From positions 6,138,001 to 6,202,000 of the forward strand of contig NC_043010.1 in assembly GCF_006345805.1 (NCBI RefSeq): DNA of 64,000 nucleotides, read 5' to 3'. Source of the stretch: Octopus sinensis. Its lineage: Eukaryota. Positions 11,329-24,162 of this stretch are shown one piece after another (positions within the stretch are counted from its first letter, which is position 1; each line of letters begins with the position of its first letter). Position numbers and translations under genes: made by a program. The notes below the pieces were generated by a model, which searched no databases, had not been told where the DNA came from, and was given only the letters and a program-made list of their open reading frames with translations.

Positions 11329-13671
11329 ACCAACATTTATTATGACATACTACTGGCTAATGTTTGTACAATCAATAGGTTTTCATCTATAAGTGACATT
11401 GGTATGGATTAAGTTTGTCTCTATTTGACATCACATAAAAAATAGTTAAGTTTCGGAACAGACAATTAGAAAAATATCAAAAATCTTTAACTATTCACAA
11501 ATTATTATGTGGCAAGGTAATGTATGAAATATTTATCACATTGGGATAGTAGCTCACTACTAAGACCCAACAGTTAAAAAAAAGAAAGAAAAACATGAAG
11601 AACATGGATTGCACCGTCCCTCATCCCACCCCATGGCGACAGGGCATCCATTAATAACCCAATTAATGTTAGTACTAGTCTACTGAACTTCAGACTTGGT
11701 TAGTTGCTGATTTCTTTTGATCTGGCCCAATCTTTGAAGAATTAGAAGATGCATGTAATTGAATCAAAGCTAGTATATTGCTGGTACTATATTATAAATC
11801 CTGGCAAGCCATTTTTGGCAGAATTTCAACACAAAATCATATGTACAAAATTAAATACTTTTAGGGATTAAATTCAGCATTTTACTTTGTCTGATGCTCT
11901 TAAATTGGGTTTATAGTGTTTTCTGGGTTTTCCAAAATGTGGCTATTGGAATGGTCAAATTTCTGCAAATGGTTCTCATAAAATGGATCTGTGTCATGAA
12001 GTAAAACATCATTGTTTGATATTGTATTCTTTTGAGGTTTTTGTTGTTTAGCTCAAGGTTAATCATGATCAAATAGACCCAGGTTAATGATAATGAAGTA
12101 GGCCTATGATCAGGTAGACCTAGGCTAATAAGGATCAAATAAGACCTCTGATCAAAGATGTTTAACCTTGACCTTCACATTTTTATTTATTAGAATTATT
12201 TTTCTAAGACTACATTATTCAGTATTATTTTTCTTCTTTCAGGATAATAGAGCAACACTTCCCAACCAGAGTTTCCCAGTACCTTAGGTTTCCACAAGAG
12301 GTCACCAGGGTCTCCTCAAGAATTCATGATAAATAATAAATAGGCTAATTATATATAAATACATTTTTCATGTCTAATTCTTCATTTATAAGTTTATTAT
12401 ACATGAACAGAATTCTCTAATGCAAGGAAACCCTGCCATCAGCAAGTAGTAAGGAGGCCCAATAAGAAAAATAACTAACCTTAGTGAGGATTGTTGAGGA
12501 ATCTGGTCTAAACAGGGTCTTAGTTAAGACAAAATTTCTAAAGCCTTTGTCACATCTGATATATTTAAGCAACCACAATTTTTAAAGCGAACTTTATGAT
12601 TTGTTTCATCCCTTATGAAATTTAATTTTATAAAAAAGAAATAAAATGATTAATAAATATACATTAATATTTATATAAGTATAATGATAGGAAATGCAGC
12701 AATAAAATGTAAATTTTAGGAAGATTTGGCTACTATTTCTAGGAAATTGAGGGACTTTGTGAAGGTTTTTTCCTTGTTGACATGCTGTAGGAAAAGATTA
12801 AAGACTGGAAATGTATGGTCCCTTTTGCAGATATGTTATGCTTGTCAAGGCTGTCTTAGCAGAACAAAATCAAATAATGGCATAAAAGTTAATAAATCCT
12901 ATTGGAAATGTCTGCCTGAAATATGATTTGTTGATTAAGATTAATTTACCAAGGGAAAAATGTATCTAAATCTACAACAATATCAATAAGTTCAGTTAAA
13001 TTATATTTCAGCTGAAATCGCACTTTGCTCATCTGATAAAACAACTTTTAATGAAATGAAACTGCAATATAGTAAAAACGACCTCTTCTGCCAGTAACTT
13101 AAGGCTCCATGCTGGCAATAAAAGATTATACTCATTGCAGAATCTGACAGATTACAAAATTATCTTATAGTGAACTTTATCACCTATCAGATCATAAAGG
13201 TACCACTACTAGATTCATCGGCTGATTTTATCCAGGGTAAGTAAATTAACTTGGCAGATTGCTTGGCTCAACCCAAGTTGTTATATATATATATAGGACC
13301 TCATATAGGAAAAGTTGAATGAATATTAAAAGCTAAAAACGAAATGCTTGTTAAGTTTGTATTACTGCTAGGTGTGAACTGAGCTGTGGAGGATGTTGAG
13401 AGTTAAGTCTCTTTGTACGGATACAGCACTGTGCTAGAAGTGTTACAGGGGACAGAGAAATATGGAGAAAGAAAGAGAGGATGATAGAAAGAATAAGAAA
13501 AAGACAGGGAAAAATAAAAAGGGGATAGAAAAAAAGTGAGGTTGAGCTGGGAGACAAATATGGAGAAAGGAAGAGAGAAAGAGTGAGAGAGAGAAGTAGA
13601 TATGAATAAAAAGGGGCCGATAGAATTACAAATAAGGAGAGATGTAGACAGATACATACAAAACACACACA

Positions 13672-14067
13672 TACTCTTTTACTTGTTTCAGTCATTTGAC
13701 TGCAGCCATGCTGGAGCACCGCCTTTAATCGAGCAAATCGACCCTGGGACTTATTCTTTCTGTAAGCCCAGTACTTATTCTATCGGTCTCTTTTGCCGAA
13801 CCGCTAAGTAACGGGGACGTAAACACACCAGCATCGGTTGTCAAGCAATGCTAGGGGGACAAACACAGACACACATACACATATATATATGTATATATAT
13901 ACGACAGGCTTCTTTCAGTTTCCGTCTACCAAATCCACTCACAAGGTATTGGTCGGCCCGAGGCTATAGTAGAAGACACTTGCCCAAGGTGCCACGCAGT
14001 GGGACTGAACCCGGAACCATGTGGTTGGTAAGCAATCTACTTACCACACAGCCACTCCTGCGCCTAT
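13672..14067 (-). mobile_element. SINE family A
   Basis: Full-length copy in reverse orientation. A more diverged copy follows at 15153-15542. Confidence 0.85.
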
Positions 14068-14774
14068 ACACATATATATGTTTATGCATGCATGCATACT
14101 CAAATCCATCCATCCATCCAGTCATCTGTCCGTCTGTTTGTTCATCCATTCATCCATCCATGACATTGGTCCTTTCTCTCTTCATTTGCAAAAGAGCTAC
14201 ACTTTCTTTTTATTTGTAATTAACCAAGAATTTGAAAAGCCTTAGTAACATAAACTAACTTATATTTTAAGCTGCTGTTAGGAACCTGAACAATTATCAC
14301 TTTCACATGAAATAACAATGGAAAGTTTTCAGTTGAAATATAAACACTTTAAAATGAAGTATTGTATCTGAGAACCAGAGGTGGTCACGGACAAGTTGGT
14401 ATCGAAAGGATTATAAATACAGTAATGATAGAGATGGTACTGTTGATGATGATGATGATGATGATGATGACGACAATTATGGTGACGATAATGTTGATGA
14501 CAACAATGATGATGGTGATGATGATGATCATGAAGATCGCAGTGATGACTGCTTAAACATTAATCTATTTCAGAAAAACTTTTCTAAGGAGCTTAAAAGA
14601 TACAGAGGATGATGGAACAGTCATAGATCAATTGTGCAAAGTGTTATAAAGATAAAGTATATTTTCTTTAGAATTATGCTAAATATAAAATGAATTCAAA
14701 ACAACATGTCTGAATTATTTCGTTTTGGGATTTAGTTTGCAAGATTCTTTATATGAGTTCGTGTGTTGAAGCAT

Positions 14775-14981
14775 ATTCTGTTGTGTCTGGGGAGAGTCAT
14801 TTTCTTTTTGTGCCTTATAATGTAACACACTCACAGGTAAAATTTTCACTTATTTCTTATTTTCATTTTTATTATTATTTTTAAAAAAAGAAATAAAAAA
14901 GAAAAAGTGGAAATTTTACCGATGAGTGTGTTACCTTATAAGGCAGAAAAAGAAAATGACGCTCCCCAGATACAACAGAAT
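14775..14981. repeat. Fold-back inverted repeat (77-bp arms)
   Basis: 14775-14851 pairs with 14905-14981 across a T-rich/A-rich spacer that can extend the stem. Confidence 0.8.
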
Positions 14982-16723
14982 GTCTGAATTAGATATAAAT
15001 TCTTGTTCCCCTCCGCTTTTTGTTTTATAGAACTTGGTTTTACAATTTCATATATTTTAGTCATTATATGGATCTTGTAATTTTAAACTTGCAGCACATT
15101 ATTTTGAATCAGTTTTGATAACAATCAACAGAACTTTCATATTTTATCGTTAACTTGTTTCAGTCATTAGACTGTGGCCATGCTTGAAGAAGTTTTTGTC
15201 AAATGAATTGACGCTAATACTTATTTTTTGTTAAGCCTAGTACTTATTCTATCAGCCTCTTTTGCCGAACTGCTAAGTTATGGCAACATTAACATGCCAA
15301 TAGCAGTTGTCAAGCAGTGGAGTGGGGACAAACACAGACACAATAAAACATACGCATACACATATATATATATATATGATGCGCTTCTTTCAGTTTCTAT
15401 CTACCAAATCCACCCACAAGGCTGTGGTCGGCCCAAGGCTATAGTAGAAGGCACTTGCTGAAGGTGCCACGCAGTGGGACTGAACCAGGAACCATGGGGT
15501 TGAGAAGCAAGCTTCTTACCACATAGCCGTGCCTGTGCCTATGAAACAGCAAAAGGCACTTTTCTGTTTTCCCAAGAATGTAATGATTTTGGTGCTGTAA
15601 GTGGTTGAGGTGGAGGGGGATAAGAAGAAGCATGAGAAATAAATTCAGATGTACTGAGGTACGGAACAAAAGGAAAGATTTCTTCATTTTTATCTGGGAT
15701 TAAGAAATACTTTCGCTTCTCCATTTAAAACAAAAAACAAAAAAGGAAATCATTAAAATTTAGTTTTTTATGAATCAATGTACATTTGGTAGACAACAAT
15801 GAACATTTATTATATGATTTTATGAAGTGATATATCAATAAAATTATGAGGACGGATGATCTAAGACACTTGGTAAAATTTTCTTTTGGAATTCTATGAA
15901 GATTATGTAATTGCTTTACACTATAAAATTCCATTCATGGCATTCATGGAAACAGCGATATGAGAAGAGAACCGTCTTTGAAATAAAGTGATATCATACA
16001 AAAGAACTCACCACCAAAATATTACTATATTTGTTGGCATAGGAGGAAGCCTTTGACTTATTCCAGCAATGTAACCTCATGGTCGACTATATTTTACATG
16101 ATGGGTCATGAAAATTTTCTGAGTCTACCATAAAAGTATTTAAAAAAAAACACAAAAAAAAAACTAAAAAAAAAAGAAAAGAAAAACCCGCAAAAAATGC
16201 TGTTTTGGTGTGTCTTAGCTACCAACAAATAGAATACTTTGAGGAAGAGGTGTATATGTGTACGTGGACATACGTTTATGACCACAGGTATGTGTGTGTT
16301 GACAAATGCATGTATGACTACAAGCATGTGAGTGTATGTGTATGTGTGTGTATGCAGACATATGTATATAGGACCACAAATGTGCATGTGCATGTGTGAT
16401 ATGCATATGTATGCGTAAGTGTGGGTCATGTATTTATCCAAGCATGTGTTTCGGTATCTGTTAACCTGTGCCCAAACATGCTTCGTTTTTCTCATGAGAT
16501 ATCTTATTACAAAAATATATTAATCATTTTCATAACATTGTGATGATGATTCATACACATATAAACATTTTGGTGTAAAGTGACCTTTTGTGAAATATCC
16601 ATTAGTGGAATATCCTTTTGTGGAATATCCTTATGGAATATCCTTTAGCATAAATATCCTCTTGCAGTTAACTCTTCATATCTCCATATTAGTAAATTGC
16701 TTTTTGGAGAAAAGCAAACTTAT

Positions 16724-16974
16724 TCACGTCTTTGGTATTGGTGGTAATGGTCTAGAATAACAATTAAAACTGTTTTTCATTGGTAAATTCCAAGGTTTCT
16801 GTGACAAGGGAGGGTCTGTTGGATTAATTCTTCCGAGTTTCAAATCAATGATGTCAGCGGTAGATTGATTGGTAGATTGATTATTTACAAACGAGCAGCC
16901 CTCAGAAGAAACGTTGTCATTTTTTGGGTGTAAAGGTGGGTTAGACAACTTAATGTCTGATTCATCTCGACAGC
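16724..16974 (-). CDS. Pcdh: Protocadherin terminal coding exon (cytoplasmic tail) of the central gene
   Basis: Long polypyrimidine tract and AG at 16976-16975. Phase-1 entry reads (G)CRDESDIKLSNPPLHPKNDNVSSEG...DIIDLKLGRINPTDPPLSQKPWNLPMKNSFNCYSRPLPPIPKT*. 251 nt, in frame with the 160-nt middle exon; paralogous to 49882-50144. Confidence 0.85.
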
Positions 16975-17231
16975 CTGAGAAAATATAAAGAAATGAATGT
17001 AAGGATAGAAAGAATAAAAAAAAGTCTCATTAACCCTACACCATCAAGCCAATCATATGCATGTGATATGTACATTAACCCTATATGTGATATGCATATG
17101 ACATACATATGACCCTATATGACCTGACACAGATGCATATGCATAGATAAATACAAGGCCTGCACCCACACATACATATGCATATCACACATAGACTGGT
17201 TTAGATGGTATAGGGTTAATTCATATCACAT

Positions 17232-17266
<35 letters not shown>

Positions 17267-17999
17267 AATAATGATAATAATAATAATGATGATGAAATTA
17301 TTGTATACAGTGCTCTAGTGCACCACAACTTGTCAGAAAGTGCATATAAAATATATGCAGTAATGTTCATATGTCTGGAAAGCGAACAATGCAAGAGTCA
17401 AATACATGCTTGTGTGTGTATGGAGGGGAGACAATCAGGTGTAGTGTTGGCGAATCTCAGGAAGCATGGAAGTTTTGAACCAGCACAGATATTCTATGCA
17501 TTTTATGTTAAAACTTGCCAGATCCAGCCTCTCACACTTACCCAATGAAAATAAACAATGACATCATCGAAATCTCGAAGCTACAAGATATTTCATGACT
17601 TATTCAATGCAATGAGAATAAGTAAGCTTTATATTTGTTAGAGTAATCTGAATGCTAAAAAAACGTAAGTCATTAATTTTTGATTTTGTCTTTTTTATTT
17701 ATATATTTTAGTCTGCAGGAAAGACAATGTCCATAACACCTTCTCTCCATTCACCCTTTCTGAGATAGGTGGAAGAGAAAGGAAGAGGGAGAGAGAGAGA
17801 GGGAGAGAGAGAGAGGGAGAGAGGAATTGACTCTCTGTCTGGAGATCTGGTCTGAGTGCTTGTAACAGAGTGGGTTCTGCCAAAGACATTCTGATCGGGC
17901 AAACTTATGATTGTAGACTGATTTGGCTGCTATTTCTGTTAGCAGAACTGACAGAGTATTATGTTTGTTCCTTCTCAAGCCACGCCTGGGTCATAAGGG

Positions 18000-18265
18000 C
18001 CGGTTTCCCAGTTTCCTTGGTGTATAGGTTCCCAAACTGGATGGGACGCTGGTCTGTTGCAGGTGGGCTGCGAGATGCAGGAGGAAAGAATGAGAGAAAG
18101 TTGTGGCAAAAGAGTCAGCAGAAGTTCACCATTACCTTCTGCTGGAGTCATGTGGAGCTTAGGTGTTTCACTCATAAACACACACATCACCCAGTCTGAG
18201 ATTCGAACCCGCGATCCCTTGACCGTGTGTCCGCTGCTCTAACCCCTAGGCCATGTGCCTCCACA
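18000..18265 (-). mobile_element. SINE family D-related copy
   Basis: tRNA-like head (tggcctaggggttagagcagcgg...gggttcgaatctc) on the minus strand; body shared with 36169-36541. Confidence 0.55.
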
Positions 18266-18602
18266 ACAGGGTGTTACCCATGTCTGTAACTGCTCATGGT
18301 TACATTGGTACCTGATATAACTAGAGTGCACTAACATGGTATGCTGGCAGAATCGTTACAGCACTAGACAAAATGCTTTGTGGCACTTCTTCTTACTTTA
18401 CATTCCAAGTTCAAGTGTCACCAGGATCGAGTTTGCCTCTCATAATTTGAGAGTCGATAAAAAAAGTACCAGCTAAACACTGGGGTCAATGCAATCGATT
18501 TACCCCTCCCCCAAAATTGATGGCCTTGTGTCAAAATTTGAAACCAGTATAATTAGGGTGCTTAGTGCTTGCTTTCAAATCATACTTGGCTGTAATGATA
18601 TC

Positions 18603-18776
18603 ATAGGCGCAGGAGTGGCTGTGTGGTAAGTAGCTTGTTTACCAACCACATGGTTCTGGGTTCAGTCCTACTGCGTGGCACCTTGGGCAAGTGTCTTCTA
18701 CTATAGCCTCGGGCCAACCAAAGCCTTGTGAGTGGATTTGGTAGACGGAAACTGAAAGAAGCCCGTCGTATATTTG

Positions 18777-18807
<31 letters not shown>

Positions 18808-19020
18808 ATATTTTTGTGTCTGTGTTTGTCCCCCTAGCATTGCTTGACAACCGATGCTGGTGTGTTTATGTTCCCGTCACTTAGCAGTTCGGCAAAAGAG
18901 ACCGATAGAATAAGTACTGGGCTTACAAAGAATAAGTCCCGGGGTCGAGTTGCTTGATTAAAGGCGGTGCTCCAGCATGGCCGCAGTCAAATGACTGAAA
19001 CAAGTAAACGAGTAAAGAGT
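18603..19020 (+). mobile_element. SINE family A (intron between middle and terminal exons)
   Basis: Full-length copy. Confidence 0.85.
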
Positions 19021-19474
19021 ATATCTTTCTAGTTATTTGCACAATATTTTATGTACTTTGTATTATTTCCTCAAATCATTCTAACATGAAGGAGAATGCA
19101 ATAATGGGCAGGTAACTCATTGTTTGGAGTGCTATACTGTCATAGACAAAAGATTCCCAAGGATTCCCCATTCACTTTGGTTTCTCTTGTTAAATCAAAT
19201 CCTGTGTGTACAGTTAAAACATTTCCGCAGACTCTGTATGAACTTTTAGCCTTTTGGCATTGGTGAATATATTCCAGTCATTCTATTCCCACTGTTTAAA
19301 GCAGGCAAGGGCAACCTTTGTCATGCAGCCTGCTGCCTGAGACTTGACCCATCATCAGGCGGGCTGCACAAACAAAAAATTCAAGGTAATTTTTCATTAT
19401 GCATGCTGCCCAGAAAGTCCATGAAAAAAAGAAACAAACAAAAAAGACCCCTGGTATATGGCTACAGTCTAATG

Positions 19475-19693
19475 CAGTGCTTTTCAACCTTTTTACTGGA
19501 GCGGAACCCCAAGAAAACATTTCACTGGCTCGAGGAACCCCTGTGCAATAATTTAATTGTCTTATGCACACATATCTGCACAGGAGAATTAAAAATTACT
19601 GTCGATTTTAGCATTTTTTAAACTTTTTGCGGAAACCCTGGACTGTACTGGCGGAACCTTAAGGTTCCGCGGAACCCTGGTTGAAAACCACTG
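19475..19693. mobile_element. hAT-superfamily MITE (219 bp)
   Basis: TIRs CAGTGCTTTTCAACC / GGTTGAAAACCACTG and a perfect 8-bp TSD GTCTAATG (19467-19474, 19694-19701). Confidence 0.9.
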
Positions 19694-19810
19694 GTCTAAT
19701 GAGCATAACAAGTAAAAAATAAAAGATACAAATAATTTCACTTTCATCCACACTTAAACCACTAAAGGAATAAATTGCACCTGTACTAAGATTAAATTAA
19801 TACCTGAAAC

Positions 19811-20038
19811 TTAACCCTTTAACATTCAGATTGCTCTTTCAAATATAATGCTTATTTATTCACTCTGTTTTGAATTAATAATGCATTATCTCATAGCTTT
19901 GAGATTTTGATGATGTGATTGTTCATTTTTAGAATGATATTGTAGGATAGGTGTAAAAGGCCAGATCTGGCCAGTTTGAACATAAAACAGGTAGAATATT
20001 TTGGCCAAATATGCCTAGTTTAAACACTAAAAGGTTAA
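19811..20038. mobile_element. piggyBac-like MITE
   Basis: TTAA at both ends with termini ccctttaac / ctaaaagg. Confidence 0.5.
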
Positions 20039-20286
20039 CGTGTATCGATATAATGATATTAATATGCAAGATGAATTCTCCTAATGACACAGTAATCAGT
20101 ATATTGTGACTGCAGTTTGTTCATACCTGTCCATTCCAGACCTTCTGAGACTAATGAGGTTGATGCATTGTGAGATTCATGATGTGTTACTTTGGTTAAA
20201 TATAAACATATATATCTTGTTTAATTCTAGACTAGCTACTAATGAAACTTAATTCAATTCGAGTGAGTTTCCTGATAATAATGTTA

Positions 20287-20598
20287 TCATCATCATCATC
20301 ATCATCGTTTAACGTCCGTTCTCCATGCTAGCATAGGTTGGACGGTTCGACCGGGGATCTGGGAAGCCAGAAGGCTGCACCAGGCCAGTCAGATCTGGAA
20401 GTGTTTCTACAGCTGGATGCCCTTCCTAACGCCAACCACTCCGTGAGTGTAGTGGGTGCTTTTTATGTGCCACCTGCACAGGTGCCAAGGGAGGCTAGCA
20501 ACGGCCATGATCAGTTGGTGCTTTTTATGTGCCACCAGCACAGAAGCCAGTCAAGGCGACGCTGGCATCAGCCACGATTCGGATAGCGCTTTTTACGT
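20287..20598 (-). mobile_element. SINE/LINE-tail family B ((ATG)n tail, ggatgcccttcct motif, internal ggtgctttttacgtgccacc repeats)
   Basis: Further copies at about 22825-23105 (-), 23404-23712 (+), 28440-28795 (+), 31850-32160 (+), 35235-35572 (-), 44290-44605 (+) and 46960-47208 (+). Confidence 0.75.
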
Positions 20599-20647
20599 AA
20601 AAATGATATTTCTTGATGGACAACACAAAGAGACTGGAACACCTTAC

Positions 20648-20807
20648 CTGGTAACTTCTCACAGAGAACTGTGTTCCACTCATTGTAACTAGAGTCATGT
20701 GTATCATAAGATCTATTGGGCTTCTCATTTAAAGAATTTGTTGATATAATCATTTCTTCTCTTCCTTGGAAGTCTCTGGGCATTGTCATCGTTTGATGTA
20801 AAGGCAT
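20648..20807 (-). CDS. Pcdh: Protocadherin middle coding exon (cytoplasmic)
   Basis: Acceptor ctctctctttt-AG at 20809-20808 and donor CAG|GTAAGG at 20647. 160 nt, phase 0 in and phase 1 out, stop-free (MPLHQTMTMPRDFQGREEMIISTNSLNEKPNRSYDTHDSSYNEWNTVLCEKLP). It is exactly what joins the phase-0 donor at 24163 to the phase-1 acceptor at 16974. Confidence 0.8.
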
Positions 20808-20954
20808 CTAAAAGAGAGAGTTGATTACAAAATAAAATTCAGTTAATTATAAAGTGAACTTATCAAAAACAGAATTTTTCTTTCAATAAATGTTACAACT
20901 CATCTTGAAAACCTACAAAATGTGTAATTAAACATGCACATGTCAAAGTAAGAT

Positions 20955-21209
20955 ACTCTCTCTTTTACTCTTTTACTCTTTTACTCTTTTTACTCTTTTA
21001 CTCTTTTACTCTCTTACTTGTTTCAGTCATTTGACTGCGGCCATGCTGGAACACCGCCTTTAGTCGAGCAACTCGACCCCGGGACTTATTCTTTGTAAGC
21101 CTAGTACTTATTCTATCGGTCTCTTTTGCTGAACCGCTAAGTAACGGGGACATAAACACACCAGCATCAGTTGTCAAGCAATGCTAGGGGGACAGACACA
21201 GACACACAA

Positions 21210-21262
<53 letters not shown>

Positions 21263-21431
21263 TACGACGGGCTTCTTTCAGTTTCCGTCTACCAAATCCA
21301 CTCACAAGGCTTTGGTCGACCCGAGGCTATAGTAGAAGACACTTGCCCAAGGTGCCACGCAGTGGGACTGAATTCCGGAACCACGTGGTTGGTAAACAAG
21401 CTACTTACCACACAGCCACTCCTGCGCCTAT
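20955..21431 (-). mobile_element. SINE family A (intron between large and middle exons)
   Basis: Full-length copy, inverted relative to 18603-19020. Confidence 0.85.
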
Positions 21432-21499
21432 GTTTGTTCTGTTTCAGCACTTTTACATCCATTGCAGTTCAATTCTTGCATCTATCCTCACTTAGGCTC

Positions 21500-21860
21500 A
21501 AGAAAGCTGGATAACGACTGAAAGAGTATGATCATAGATATGAACAGCTCAAATGGGGGTTTCTCCAAAGGATCTCTGGAGTAACATTACTTGAGGAAGT
21601 TCAAAGTTTGGAGATCAGGAAGTCTACCCAGGCTGAGTCTCTACTTCTCCACATTAAGAGGTCACAACCCCAGTACTACTGACATATGATTAGAATGTTG
21701 CAAGAACGACTTACAAGACAGATTCTTCAAACCAAGTCAACCAGCAGAAGACCAAGTGGTAGACCAAGAATGAAATGGTTGAATAATATCCATAGTCTTG
21801 GTTGGAAGAAAGAAATTTTAATGATGATTGCTACAGACTGGAGCCTGTGGAAAAAAAATA
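21500..21860 (+). mobile_element. RTE-type LINE 3' remnant
   Basis: Reads AQMGVSPKDLW in one frame and ...EIRKSTQAESLLLHIKRSQ...HMIRMLQERLTRQILQTKSTSRRPSGRPRMKWLNNI in another; the latter matches the RTE C-terminal R.RGRP..RW pattern. Confidence 0.6.
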
Positions 21861-22063
21861 GCTGAAAAATCTAACTCTATGTCTCTCCCAAGAATAACAG
21901 GCCATAAAAATGGATGGATTCAACTACTTTTTCATGCTGGGATAAGCTGGGAGAGATTTCTAGAAGCAGTTTTCCATGGCTAGACACCCTTCTTGGTATC
22001 GGCTCTTCTTTGAAAAGTAATGTACTATATTTCACTACACATATGCATATGCACATTCATACC

Positions 22064-22099
<36 letters not shown>

Positions 22100-23359
22100 G
22101 ACACACACACACTGATGATAAATTCCTGGCAGTTTCTATTTATTAAATTTCATTTTAAAGTGTTGATCAATTAAGGCAGGAAAAGATACCTTCCCCAAAG
22201 TGTCCTACAGTGGGACCAAGCCCTTAAGTGGATGGGAAGCAAACTTCTTAAACATACAGTAATGCCTGTGTTTCTCATTAAGCTTGCTATTTTGTGTCTT
22301 TGCTTCAGTCAATTATATACAATACACACATATCCAAGGATCATGTTTTTACATAAATAAATATCTTTGAAAGAAAAACTGAATTCATTCACATAATTTA
22401 TTCGTAAAATTGTCCTTGAATATGCTTATCTCATTTGCCATTATTGCATGTATTTTGTTAAGAAGTCATTCCAAAAGAAAGAATTGCTTTTCCCATTATC
22501 ACTTAAGAAAATATAATATGCTGGTGTGTCTCAGGCGACATGGTTAGAGTAGAGTATAGTAAGACAACAGGGTAATGTCATTAGTAGGAGAGGTTAGGAA
22601 GGTAAAGGAGAAAGGGGAAATACTGATACTGAATAAATTAAGAGAACTTAAAAGAAGTTAGAAATGAGACAATAAAATATAGGCTTGGCTGTGTGGTTAA
22701 GGAGCTTGTATTGCAACAACATAGTTTTGGGTTCAGTCCTGCTGTGCGGCACCTTGGGCATGTGTCTTCTACTATAGCTCCAAGCTGACCAATACCTTGT
22801 TTGTGAATTTGGTAAGCAAAAGCAGTCATCATCATCAACATCATCATCGTTTATACGTCCGCTTTCCATGCTGGCATGGGTTGGACGATTTTGACTGAGG
22901 ACTGGCAAACCACATGGCTGCACCAGGCTCCAATCTTGATCTGGCAGAGTTTCTACAGCTGGATGCCCTTCCTAATGCCAACTACTCCGAGAGTGTAGTG
23001 GGTGCTTTTTACGTGCCACCGGCACGGGGACCAGTCAGGCGGAACTGGCAATGACCTCGCTCGAATCCTTTTACACATGCCACCAGCACAGGTGCCAGTA
23101 AGGTGACAATTAAAAAAAACATGTAGTAAATAAGCAAATGAACATATACTAAATACACAGGCAAAACAGAAGGTCACCCACACTTCATCAGTTGTCAGCC
23201 AGAGGGTCAAGCACAAATTCAGCCATTACTGATAATATTGGTTCCGCTCTGGAGGCACTGGCCAGAAACTTACCAGGAATGGGACCAAAACATAACAAAA
23301 TGAGACAGGCTCGAGATGAGACCATTAGTTATGTAATGCACACACTCATTAATTTTCTA

Positions 23360-23403
<44 letters not shown>

Positions 23404-23404
<1 letters not shown>

Positions 23405-23712
23405 GTAAAAAGCACCATCTGACCGTGGCCGTTGCCAGCTTCGTCTGGTCCCCGTGCCGGTGGCACGTAAAAAGCACCATCCGATCGCGGCCCTTTGCCA
23501 GCCTCGGCTGGCACCTGTGCCGGTGGCACGTAAAAAGCACCCACTACACTCACGAAGTGGTTGGTGTTAGGAAGGGCATCCAGCTGTAGAAACATTGCCA
23601 GATCAGACTGGGCCTGGTGCAGCCTTCTGGCTTCCCAGACCTCGGTTGAACCGTCCAACCCATGCTAGCATGGAAAGCGGACGTTAAATGATGATGATGA
23701 TGATGATGATGA
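23404..23712 (+). mobile_element. Family B element, inverted relative to 20287-20598 and 22825-23105
   Basis: Same body in the opposite orientation, with the (ATG)n tail at the right end. Confidence 0.75.
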
Positions 23713-24162
23713 TATATATATGGCCAACCAAAGTCTTGTGAAAGGATCTGGCAGACAGAAACTGGAAGAAACCCATTGTGCACATCTGAGTGTGTTTGTG
23801 TGTGCATGTGTGTTTGTGTGTGCGTGTGTGTGTGAGTGTGTGTGTGTGCGCGTAAGTTTGTGTCTTTGTGTTTATTGTCCAGTATCATTTGACAACTGGT
23901 GTATGTTTTCTTGCACCTTCATAACTTAGCATTTTGGCAAAAGAGACCAATAGAATAAGTATCAGAATTTTAAAAATAAGTACTGGTACCAATTTGTTCA
24001 GCAAAAACATTCTAGGCCATGCCCCAGCAAGGCCAGTGTCTAAACAATTAAAACAATTAAAAAAAAAAATAAAGGAAACCTTATTTTAAACTCTGAAATT
24101 TCAAAAATGCCAGACACGGTTCAGATGTTACGAAATCCATCAGTGTTAGAAAAATTACTTAC

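Noticed and set aside
11911-12138. 75-aa minus-strand ORF downstream of the central gene
   Set aside because: Lies beyond the stop codon, with no homology to Pcdh tails; treated as UTR or intergenic.
13848-14219. Recurrent MLGGQTQTH...RQASFSFRLPNPLTR ORFs (also 18601, 21181, 62745)
   Set aside because: Antisense translations of SINE family A, not a gene family.
20338-20586. Recurrent MDGSTG...LDALPNANH ORFs (also 23329, 31707, 35307)
   Set aside because: Translations of the family B repeat.
23404-23530. Short direct repeats (aaaagcaccatc...gtggcacgt) separated by variable spacers, superficially CRISPR-like; also at 20450-20600, 31850-31990 and 44290-44450
   Set aside because: Internal tandem subrepeats of a dispersed eukaryotic retroelement; the spacers are homologous to one another and there are no cas genes.
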